Shown piece by piece: positions 47,418-55,749 of a DNA stretch of 64,000 nucleotides. Origin of the DNA: an uncultured Solirubrobacterales bacterium. Lineage in GTDB: Bacteria > Actinomycetota > Thermoleophilia > Solirubrobacterales > 70-9. The notes below the pieces were generated by a model that was given only the letters and a program-made list of their open reading frames with translations, did no database searches and was not told where the DNA came from. Position 1 is the stretch's first letter. Each line of letters opens with the position of its first letter. The stretch spans positions 90,923-154,922 of the forward strand of contig CAVSKZ010000003.1 of the NCBI GenBank assembly GCA_963728835.1, in the 5' to 3' direction. The position numbers and the translations under genes are program-made.

Positions 47418-47711
47418 ATGCGTTTCTTCAGCCGGATTCGAGCTGTGTTCAAGCCGGCACCCGGCCCAGGGGCGTCGCCGGTCCACGTCGACGACCCCCG
47501 CTTCGACAGCTGGGAGGTGGTTCGCGACTTCGTCGACGTGCGGACGGCCCGGGCCTGGCGCCAAGCCCTGGAAGAGGGCGGCATCGAGGCGGTCCTCACC
47601 GCCGACTGGCCGCTCGATCGCTTCGGCCGCGGCGACATCGCGCTCCGAGTCCAGCCCGACGACTGGAGCGAGGCGGAGCTGCTGCTCTCCAATCTGGACC
47701 TGGAGGATTGA
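47418..47711 (+). CDS. hypothetical protein (DUF2007-like small alpha/beta domain)
   Basis: 97-aa ORF 7 nt after aspS with good GC3. The ARAWRQALEEGGIEAVL...IALRVQPDDWSEAELLL pattern is loosely like putative signal-transducing DUF2007 proteins. Confidence 0.45.
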   Translation: MRFFSRIRAVFKPAPGPGASPVHVDDPRFDSWEVVRDFVDVRTARAWRQALEEGGIEAVLTADWPLDRFGRGDIALRVQPDDWSEAELLLSNLDLED

Positions 47712-47718
47712 CCCCTCG

Positions 47719-47738
47719 CCACCGGCGCCCGCCGGTGG
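47719..47738 (+). terminator. GC hairpin after the aspS operon
   Basis: CCACCGGCG-CC-CGCCGGTGG: a 9-bp perfect stem 8 nt after the stop codon, with no U-tract. Confidence 0.45.
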
Positions 47739-47986
47739 TACGGTTGCTGCGAGGTTCGAGCCCGTACGTGAGCCGTCTCACCGTTTGACCCAACACAAAC
47801 GGCGCGGGAGCTGATCTCTCTCGGTCCCTCGGGATCGCGAGGAGGCGCCCACCCTTTACTTCAAGGGATCAAAGCCAGAGGCGGTACCGGCGGGCTGGAA
47901 CCTCTTTTTTACGTCGCGAAGACGTGACTCTCAGCGCGCCATGCGCGCGCCATGGTAGGCGACGCTTCCTCGGATGGCCGACGCGT

Positions 47987-48021
47987 CGCACGTTTCCCAT
48001 GTCAGACATGGGAAACGTGCG
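47987..48021. promoter_or_regulatory. 15-bp perfect inverted repeat upstream of the DUF559 gene (operator candidate)
   Basis: CGCACGTTTCCCATG (47987-48001) is the exact reverse complement of CATGGGAAACGTGCG (48007-48021). It ends about 20 nt before ATG 48043. Confidence 0.45.
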
Positions 48022-48042
48022 TCATGTTCTCTTGAGCAGAGC

Positions 48043-48882
48043 ATGGGTGACCTCGCGGAGCGTCAGCACGGGCTCGTTACGCGACGCCAGCTTCTGGGCC
48101 TCGGGATGGGTCGCGGCGCAATCGAGGACCGGATCGGGCGCGGTCAGCTGCGCCCGGTTCGGCGCGGCGTCTACGCGGTCGGCTGTAGGGGCACAGGACA
48201 AGCGGCTCGCTGGATGGCCGCGGTGCTTGCCGCGGGTCCCGGCGCCGTCTTGAGTCACCGATCGGCAGCCGCTCTTTGGGGCCTCCTGCCGGCGAGCGCG
48301 ACCGAGCCCGAGGTGACCCGACCGACCAGGATCAGATCGCGACCTGGGATGCGAGTCCACCAATCGATCTTGCAGCGCGACGAAGTGTCGGTCGTGGACG
48401 GCATTCCCGTTACCTCGCTAGCACGCACCCTGCTGGACCTGGCAGCGGTCGTGAGCGAGCGATTGCTCGAGCAGGCGTTCAACGAGGCCGAAGTCCGGCG
48501 GCTGACCGATCGCCTCTCGGTTCCGGATCTACTCGCAAGGCGTCCCCGGCGCGCCGGCGCGAGTGCGCTGAGGAAGATCCTCGCCGCCGATGCTCATTCG
48601 CGTGGGATAACGCGAAGGGAGATGGAGGCGCGATTCGCGAGCCTGCTTGAAGGCACTGACCTGCCGAGGCCGCAACGCAACGCCGATATCGCGGTTGCGG
48701 GCCGGTTCTTCGAGGTCGATTGCCTTTGGCCGGCGCAGCGGCTGATAGTCGAGCTCGACGGAAGGGCCGTTCACGGGACCGCTCGGGCCTTCGAGCGGGA
48801 CCGGGAACGAGATCGTCTCCTGCTCGCTGACGGATGGCGGGTGGTCAGGATCACCTGGCGACAGCTGCGGGACGATGCGTAA
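48043..48882 (+). CDS. DUF559 endonuclease-domain protein with AbiEi-like N-terminal domain
   Basis: N-terminal RQHGLVTRRQLLGLGMGRGAIEDRIGRGQLRPVRRGVYAV. C-terminal FEVDCLWPAQRLIVELDGRAVHGTARAFERDRERDRLLLADGWRVVRITWRQL (Vsr-like DUF559 core). The track start at 47974 is probably too early. Confidence 0.78.
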   Translation: MGDLAERQHGLVTRRQLLGLGMGRGAIEDRIGRGQLRPVRRGVYAVGCRGTGQAARWMAAVLAAGPGAVLSHRSAAALWGLLPASATEPEVTRPTRIRSRPGMRVHQSILQRDEVSVVDGIPVTSLARTLLDLAAVVSERLLEQAFNEAEVRRLTDRLSVPDLLARRPRRAGASALRKILAADAHSRGITRREMEARFASLLEGTDLPRPQRNADIAVAGRFFEVDCLWPAQRLIVELDGRAVHGTARAFERDRERDRLLLADGWRVVRITWRQLRDDA

Positions 48883-48945
48883 TCCGTCGTTGCCGATCTG
48901 GAGCGGCTGCTGCGCAGCGGGGCAGGGCCTCCTACTCTGTAGCCG

Positions 48946-50388
48946 ATGGACCGCGAGCTATTCGAGGCATATCTGCGGGATTCGAGCCGGAACGGGCCGG
49001 CTCTCGATGGCGCCTTCACCGGGGCGGCAGGCGGCGCCGCCTGCGGGGACCTCTCTCGGGTCTCCCTCGTGGTCGCGGACGGCGTCCTCGCCGGCGTGAC
49101 CTTCGACACCGAGGGGTGTGGGGCGACTCGGGCTGCGACCGCTGCGGTGGCCGAGATGGTCGACGGGGCGGCGGTGCTGGACGCGGCGCGGATCGGGACC
49201 GAGGAGGTCGAAGGGGCGATCGGGGGATTGACTCCGGCCAAGCGGCACGCGGCGCAGCTGGCTGCGGATGCGTTGCACCGGGCCCTGGCGCAAATGGCGG
49301 CCTCCTCGGAGAAGCTCGCCGGGACGGGCGGCGACCGGGTGCTCGTCGCGATGTCCGGCGGGGTCGACAGCGCCGTGGCTGCGCTGCTGGAACGGGAGCG
49401 GGGGGCGGAGGTGGTCGGGGTCACCCTGAAGCTCTGGGCCGACCCGCAGACCGACGGGGCGAAGGCGTGCTGCTCCCCGGAGGCCGTGCTGGGCGCTCGT
49501 GCACTTGCCCACTCGCTCGCGATCCCGCACATGACCCTGGACCTCGAGGAGGAGTTCCGCCGGCGCGTGGTCGCCGGGTTCGTCTCCGGCTATGCGGACG
49601 GCAGGACGCCCAACCCGTGCATCGTCTGCAACGGCGAGGTGCGCATAGCGGCGATGGTCGACCTCGCCGTGCGGGTCGGCGCGACCCACCTCGTCACCGG
49701 CCACTACGCGCGCATCGTCGAGGACGGCGACGGGCCGTTGCTCGCCGCCGCGTCCGACGCCAACAAGGACCAGAGCTACATGCTCGCGGCGCTGCCGCCC
49801 GGGTTGCTGGGGCGGGTCCGGTTCCCGCTCACCGAGATGACCAAGCCAGAGGTTCGCGAGATCGCCGCCCGCCACGACCTCGCCGTGGCCCGCAAGCCCG
49901 AGAGCCAGGACCTCTGCTTCCTCTCCGGCCAGGGCAAGGCCGACTTCCTGCGCCGCCACGGTGGCCTGCGCGAGCGCGAGGGGGACCTGGTCGACCGCTC
50001 GGGCCGCAAGGTCGGCCGCCACCGCGGCCACCACCACTTCACCGTCGGCCAGCGCCGCGGCATCGGCGGCGGGGCCGAGGAGCCGCTGTACGTGCTGGCC
50101 ACCGATGCCGCGGCAAACACGGTCACGGTCGGCCCGCGCCGGGAGCTGCTGGAGCAGACGGTGCGGATCCGCAACGCGGTCCTGCACCGCGACGGGGCTC
50201 GGGTCGACGCGGTGCGCCTGCGCTACCGCGCAAGACCCGTCCCCGCCGCAGTATCGGCGACGGGGACGGGTCGGCATCCCAGGCTCGACATCCGGCTGGG
50301 GGAGGGGTTCGCCGGAGTCTCACCCGGCCAGACAGCGGTGCTGCTGGCCGGCGAGACGATCGTCGGGCACGGCACGATCTGCCCCTAG
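48946..50388 (+). CDS. mnmA: tRNA 2-thiouridine(34) synthase MnmA with an N-terminal IscU/NifU-like domain
   Basis: Residues of about 1-125 carry GAACGD, EGCGATRAA and PAKRHAAQLAADAL (IscU-like, with the third Cys replaced by Ala). They are followed by VLVAMSGGVDSAVAA (PP-loop), NPCIVCN, GHYAR and KDQSY. Confidence 0.88.
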   Translation: MDRELFEAYLRDSSRNGPALDGAFTGAAGGAACGDLSRVSLVVADGVLAGVTFDTEGCGATRAATAAVAEMVDGAAVLDAARIGTEEVEGAIGGLTPAKRHAAQLAADALHRALAQMAASSEKLAGTGGDRVLVAMSGGVDSAVAALLERERGAEVVGVTLKLWADPQTDGAKACCSPEAVLGARALAHSLAIPHMTLDLEEEFRRRVVAGFVSGYADGRTPNPCIVCNGEVRIAAMVDLAVRVGATHLVTGHYARIVEDGDGPLLAAASDANKDQSYMLAALPPGLLGRVRFPLTEMTKPEVREIAARHDLAVARKPESQDLCFLSGQGKADFLRRHGGLREREGDLVDRSGRKVGRHRGHHHFTVGQRRGIGGGAEEPLYVLATDAAANTVTVGPRRELLEQTVRIRNAVLHRDGARVDAVRLRYRARPVPAAVSATGTGRHPRLDIRLGEGFAGVSPGQTAVLLAGETIVGHGTICP

Positions 50389-50552
50389 TAGGGATTGGCG
50401 AAACCCGGGTGTGCGGGCCGGCGAGCGCCGGACCAAGCGGGACAAGGACGCAGGGAGGCCGAATAGCAACGCTATTTGGCCGACTGAGGACGCTGTACCG
50501 CGCAGTGTCCGCCGCCGCCGGACGTGCGCGGGGGTTTCGCCAATTCCTACTA
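50386..50552. mobile_element. MITE-like element, copy B (167 bp, inverted relative to copy A)
   Basis: TAGTAGGGATTGGCGAAACCC ... GGGTTTCGCCAATTCCTACTA. The interior matches the reverse complement of 28811-28976 apart from about a dozen substitutions and one 1-nt indel (by eye). Both termini coincide with the TAG stops of the flanking convergent genes. Confidence 0.8.
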
Positions 50553-50945
50553 GGCCTGGGCCTGTTCTTCCTGCTCTTCCTCGCGTTCGTCGCGCCGCAG
50601 TTCGGAGATCGACTTCACGCAGCGGCTGAACTCGGTGCCCTTCTCGCCTTTGACGTGCTTCTTGCTTTTGCCCTTGCAGACCTGGCCCGGCGCCTGATCC
50701 TCGTTGCGAGCCGCGCGGGCGGCCGTTTTGACGCAACGGGAGAAGGCGGTGCCTTGCTCGCCTTTGACGTGTTTCTTGCTTTCCCCCTGGCAGTACTTGC
50801 CGTATGCATTCGCCTGGGGCGGGGGAGCGGTTTCGTAGTTCGGCCCGCCCTGGCCTTTGCCGTTGCCGTTGTTGGCCAGAGCCGTCGCCGGGATCATCAG
50901 CGCCAGCGCGCAGGTTGCGAGTGCGATCTTCATTCCTAGCTTCAT
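50550..50945 (-). CDS. secreted protein with a duplicated Cys-bracketed 26-aa motif
   Basis: ATG at 50945 after GGAGGCACG. Signal peptide MKLGMKIALATCALALMIPATALA. Two repeats: YCQGESKKHVKGEQGTAFSRCVKTAA and VCKGKSKKHVKGEKGTEFSRCVKSIS. Acidic tail. Confidence 0.65.
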   Translation of the reverse strand: MKLGMKIALATCALALMIPATALANNGNGKGQGGPNYETAPPPQANAYGKYCQGESKKHVKGEQGTAFSRCVKTAARAARNEDQAPGQVCKGKSKKHVKGEKGTEFSRCVKSISELRRDEREEEQEEQAQA

Positions 50946-51018
50946 CGTGCCTCCTTGACTCGAGTGTCGAGGTTTTGGGATTGCTTCCCGGACCTGAAAC
51001 GGCCCTCGGAGCCAGTTG

Positions 51019-51967
51019 TCAGGGATTACCTTCCGTGCCTGCTTTCGCCGCTTCGACTTCGCCTCCCCCTGTCTCGGCCGGTGGCTGGTCGTCGCTCGCC
51101 TGCGGCGCGACCTCGCTCCCGTTGCCTTTCGGAGCGGGCTGCTGTGGTTCCGGCTGGGGAGGTGGAGCGGTGTCATGGCGCTTTTCCGTGCCGCCCCCGC
51201 GCTGTGCGCGTCCGTGCCCGGCCTGGCTCGATCCGCTCGGGGGATGAGATCGGCGTCCCGCCGAGCTGCCGCCGCGACGGGCCCCCGCGCCTTTTCGGTG
51301 CGCGGCGGCGGTTTCCTGGCCGTGCGCCGCGGCCGGCGCGGCTCCGGCCTGCGGCGGGGTCACAGACTCAGGGCCTTTGCCTCTCGACCCGCTGCCCGGG
51401 CCCCCGCCGTCGTTCCTGGAGCGGGCGGGCGACCTCCCGGTTTCATGCCCGGCGTTGCCGCCGCCGGGCTGCGCGGTGCCGGCTTCGCCGGCGGGAGTAA
51501 CAGGAGGAACGACCGGGCGCTTCGCGGCGGGGGTACCGGTGTCGCCCCCCGGGAGGCGAGCGTCGACCAGGCCGCTGCGGTCCGCCGCCGTCACCCCGAC
51601 CGTCGCGACGATCGCAACCGTGGCGACGGATTTGACGAGGGCCGAGGTCGCGGCGACTTTTCCCACCCCGGCGAGCGCGGCGCCACCCGCGGCCCCCGAG
51701 CCCGTGGCGGTTGTCCCGACGCCGATGGCGGCGGTCGCGCCCGCCGCCGATGCCGAGGCGCCGCCGCCGAGGGCGGCGTGGAGGATGCCGGCGACGGCGA
51801 CGGCTGGCAGGGGTGCGAGCGCGGCGAAGTCCTCGCGCCGGGACTCGATCGCAGCGGCGAACGCGCGGCACCGTGGGCAGGCCCGTAGGTGCGCCTGGAT
51901 CTCGCGCCTTCGCGCCGTCCTCCCGTCTTCGTCGGAGAGCTCGCCGCGTCACCTCTGCGCAGCTCAT
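51019..51967 (-). CDS. anti-sigma factor (zf-HC2 type) with one TM helix and a Pro/Gly-rich extracytoplasmic tail; 1-nt insertion at about 51943
   Basis: MSCAEVTR | ELSDEDGRTARRREIQAHLRACPRCRAFAAAI (H-x3-C-x2-C), then TM KSVATVAIVATVGVTAA. The downstream half equals track ORF 51019..51666. Confidence 0.7.
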
Positions 51968-52552
51968 CTCACGCCCCGCTTCCAGGCGCTGCAGGCTCTG
52001 CCGTGCCTCGTAGACGGCCTGGCGAACCACCGCGGCGCTCGTTTCGAAGGCCGCCGCGATCTGTGCGAACTCGAGGCCGGCGAGCTCGCGCATCACGAGC
52101 GCGCCGCGCTGGCGCTCGGGCAGCTCGTCGAGGTCGCGAAGCAGGGTCCGCAGGCGCTGCCTCTTCTCGGCGGTGTCGGCAAGGCCGCCGCCGCGCGCAG
52201 CGGTCTCCGGGTCGAGCGGCCTGGTGTCGCGACGCCTGCGCAGCAGCTCCACCGACTCGTTGTGGGCGATCCGGTACAGCCAGGGCCGGAGCTGAATGCG
52301 CCGCTTCTCCCCGGGCAGCGCCTGCAGGACCTTGACCATCGTGTTCTGGAGCGCGTCGTGAGCGTCCTCGGGATCGCCGACGATCGAGGCGCAGAACCTG
52401 TAGAGGCTCTGGCCGTAGCGCTCGAATATCGCCGCGAAGGCGTGTTCGTCGGCCTGCGCCGCGCGCAGTGCCAGGCGCTCGTCGGAGATGAGCTTGGCGC
52501 CGACCCCCAGCCGTGACGAGACTTGCGCTCCAGCCCTCCGAGTCATCTCCAA
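51964..52552 (-). CDS. ECF-type RNA polymerase sigma factor
   Basis: Region 2 (FAAIFERYGQSLYRFC...DALQNTMVKV...PWLYRIAHNESV) and region 4 (LPERQRGALVMRELAGLEFAQIAAAFETSAAVVRQAVYEARQSL). As sequenced there is no stop before the anti-sigma ATG. Confidence 0.8.
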
Positions 52553-52712
52553 TACGTCGTTTCGGCACTCGCGGCCATCCAGTCAAGGGTTGGGGGACCA
52601 TCCGTCCACTCCCTGAACGTGGAGGGCCGGCGATTGTCAGCCCTCTTTGCCACCGTCGTGGCTGCGAAGGAGTGGTACGCCCCCCGGCGGAATAGGCCCT
52701 AGTCTGCCCACC

Positions 52713-55335
52713 ATGAAGGCGACCGAGATCCGCCAGACCTACCTCTCCTTCTTCCAGGAGCGAGGGCACAAGATCGTGCCCTCGGCCTCGCTCGTTCCGT
52801 CCGTGCTCGACCCCTCCGTGCTGCTGACCACGGCTGGGATGCAGCCCTTCAAGCCGTACTTCCTCGGCCGCGAGGAGCCCCCGGCCCGTCGCCTCGCCGA
52901 CGTGCAGAAATGCTTCCGCACCACCGACATCGAGGAGGTCGGCAACACTGCCCGCCACCTCACCTTCTTCGAGATGCTCGGCAACTGGAGCTTCGGCGAC
53001 TACTTCAAGGAGGAGTCGATTCCCTGGGGCTGGGAGCTCTCCACGCAGGGCTTCGGCATGGACCCCGAGCGGATCTGGGTCACGGTCTTCGGCGGCGACG
53101 AGGAGCTCGGGCTGGGCCCCGACGAGGAGGCGATCGCATGCTGGGGCGCCATTGGGGTTCCCGACGAGCGGATCGTCCGCCTCGGTCGCGAGGACAACTT
53201 CTGGCAGGCCGGGCCGACCGGCCCCTGCGGCCCCTGCTCGGAGCTCTACCTCGACCGCGGCGAGGGCTTCGGCGCCCCGGGCGAGCGCCCCGGCGACGAC
53301 ACTGACCGCTTCCTCGAGTTCTGGAACCACGTCTTCATGACCTACGACCTCGGCTCCGACGGCTCGCTGGCCGAGCTGCCGATGCGCAACATCGACACCG
53401 GCATGGGCCTGGACCGGATGGCGGCGATCCTCCAGGACGTCCCCTCGGTCTTCGAGACCGACCTGATCCGCCCGCTGCTCGACCTCGCCGAGGAGATGTC
53501 GGGACGCTCCTACGGGGAGGACGCGGCCGTGACCCGAGCGATGCGGATCGTCGCCGACCACTCGCGCGGTGCCGCATTCCTGATCGCCGACGGCGTCGTC
53601 CCCTCGAACGAGGACCGCGGCTACATCCTGCGCCGGATCATGCGCCGGGCGATCCAACAGGGGCGCACGCTGGGCCTCGAGGCCCCCTGGCTGGGGCAGC
53701 TTTGCCGAGCGGACGATCGAGGTCATGTCCGAGGCCTATCCCGAGCTGGCCGCAGAGCGCGAGACGATCGCGCGCTGGGTCGGCGACGAGGAGGAGAGCT
53801 TCGGCCGCACGCTGGAGCGCGGCAGCGAGTTGCTGGAGCGCCTGGTCGCCGAGGCGAAGGAGTCCGGGACCTCCTGGATCGACGCGTCGGACGCCTTCAA
53901 GCTCCACGACACCTACGGCTTCCCCTACGACCTGACCAAGGAGCTGCTGGCCGAGCAGGGGCTCTCGGTCGACGACGGCGGCTTCGAGGAGCTGATGGAG
54001 GAGCAGCGCCAGCGCGCCCGCACCGGCGCCGCCACCGCGCACGGCTCCGAGGACCGCCACGAGCGGGTGATCGCCTTTGCCCGCGAGGCGGCACCCACCC
54101 GTTTCGTCGGCTACGAGACCCTGCGCGCGACGACCGGCCTGGCCGCTGTCGAGGGCGACGACGGGCGTGCGCTGGTGAAGCTTGAGGAGAGCCCCTTCTA
54201 CGCCGAGGGCGGCGGCCAGGTCGCCGACACCGGCGTGCTGCGCTGGGAGGGCGGCGAGGCCCGCGTCGTCGACGTCTACCGGGTCGGCGAGGACCAGGCG
54301 CTCGAGGTGGAGCCGGCTGGGGAGATCGACCCGGCAGCCGCCGTAGAGGCCGTTGTCGACCGCGGGACCCGCCACGCGACGATGCGCAACCACACCGCCA
54401 CGCACCTGCTTCACGCGGCGCTGCGCGAGCGGCTCGGCACCCACGTCCGCCAGGCCGGGTCGGCCGTCCGGCCCGACAAGCTGCGCTTCGACTTCACCCA
54501 CGGCCAGGCGCTCGGCGGCGAGGAGCTTCGCGCGGTCGAGGACCGGGTCAACGAGTGGGTCAAGGCGAGCCGGCCGGTGCGCTGGCTGGAGATGGAGCGC
54601 GCGGAGGCCGAGCGCCTGGGCGCGATGGCGCTCTTCGGCGAGAAGTACGGCGAGTGGGTGCGAGTGGTCGAAGTCGAGGACGTCTCGCGCGAGCTCTGCG
54701 GCGGTACCCACGTCGCCAACACCGCGGAGGTCGGCATCTTCAAGATCTCCTCGGAGGGCTCCAGCGCCGCCAACGTGCGCCGGATCGAGGCGCTCACCGG
54801 TCCCGCGGCGATCGACTGGTTCCGCGAGCGCGAGGACCGCCTGCGGGAGGTCGGCGAGGTGCTCGGCGCGCCGCAGGACCCCCTCGCGGGCGCCCGTCGC
54901 GCCGCCGAGCGCCTGCGGGAGGCCGGCGCGGGGGCGCAGGAGGCCCAGAAACAGGCCCTTGGCGAGGAGGCGGAGCGGCTCCTCGGCGAGGCGGTCGATG
55001 CCGGCGACGTGAAGGCGGTCGTCTCGGGCGTGCCGCTGGCGGACCAAAGGCAGATGCTCGAGCTCGCCAACCGGGTCCAGTCGAAGCTCGGCGGCGACTC
55101 GGCGATCGTCCTCGGCGGGACGGAAGAGGGCAAGGTCGCCCTGGTGGTCCTCATCTCGAAGGGCGCAGTCGAGCGGGGCCTCTCCGCGTCGACGATCGTT
55201 CGCGAGGCGGCTGCGGTCGTCGGCGGCGGGGGTGGCGGTCGCGACGACATGGCCCAGGCGGGCGGCAAGGACCCCGCCAAGCTCGACGAGGCGCTGGCGA
55301 CCGCGCGCCGGGCGATCGAGCGGGAGGCCGGGTAG
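52713..55335 (+). CDS. alaS: alanine--tRNA ligase; 1-nt insertion at about 53701-53703
   Basis: MKATEIRQTYLSFFQERGH, RHLTFFEMLGNWSFGDYFK, FWNHVFM, NIDTGMGLDR, then after the frame change YPEL..., the HTATHLLH editing-domain motif, GGTHV and a C-terminal DHHA1 GGGGGR. The track splits it into 52647..54185 and 53725..55335. Confidence 0.93.
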
Positions 55336-55341
55336 CGGCAG

Positions 55342-55749
55342 GTGCGTGTGCTCGCGCTGGATCACGGCACCGCGCGGATCGGCTGTGCGATCTCCGACCC
55401 GAGCGGGACCCTGGCGACGCCGATGCCGGTGATCGAGCCGCCCGAGGCGCGCGCGGTCGCCGAGCTGGTCGCCGAGCACGGGGTCGAGCGGGTAGTCGTC
55501 GGGTTGCCGCTGCACCTGAGCGGCGAGGAAGGCAGCCAGGCGGCCCTGACCCGGACCTTCTGCGGCGAACTGGAGGCGATTCTCGACGTCCCGGTCGAGA
55601 CCTACGACGAGCGGCTGACGACCCGGATGGCCGAGGCGAGCAAGCGCGAAGGCGCCGCGGCCGCCGCCGGACTCGCTCGCCGCCGCCCACCTGCTCCAGG
55701 CCTACCTGGCCGGTCAGCGCCGCGGTCGGAGGAGGGCGACGATGAGTGA
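55342..55749 (+). CDS. ruvX: Holliday junction resolvase-like nuclease RuvX (YqgF); C-terminal frame uncertain
   Basis: VLALDHGTARIGCAISD, VVGLPLHLSGEEG and YDERLTT. The conserved C-terminal DSLAAAHLLQAYL is encoded in another frame from about 55668. Confidence 0.85.
   Translation: MRVLALDHGTARIGCAISDPSGTLATPMPVIEPPEARAVAELVAEHGVERVVVGLPLHLSGEEGSQAALTRTFCGELEAILDVPVETYDERLTTRMAEASKREGAAAAAGLARRRPPAPGLPGRSAPRSEEGDDE

Noticed and set aside
47739-47780. GGTTCGAGCC T-loop-like string after the aspS operon, possibly a tRNA fragment
   Set aside because: No acceptor, D or anticodon arms can be drawn around it. Only a 6-bp stem (GTACGG/CCGTAC) encloses it.
48834-50939. 701-aa plus-strand ORF overlapping mnmA, the MITE copy and the Cys-repeat gene
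   Set aside because: It is an alternative frame of mnmA giving extreme Arg/Gly/Pro content. It crosses a non-coding repeat and a minus-strand gene.
51016-52516. Plus-strand ORFs of 290 and 379 aa across the sigma/anti-sigma locus
   Set aside because: They are antisense to recognisable sigma region 2/4 and zf-HC2 text, and their composition is Arg/Gly/Pro/Ala shadow.
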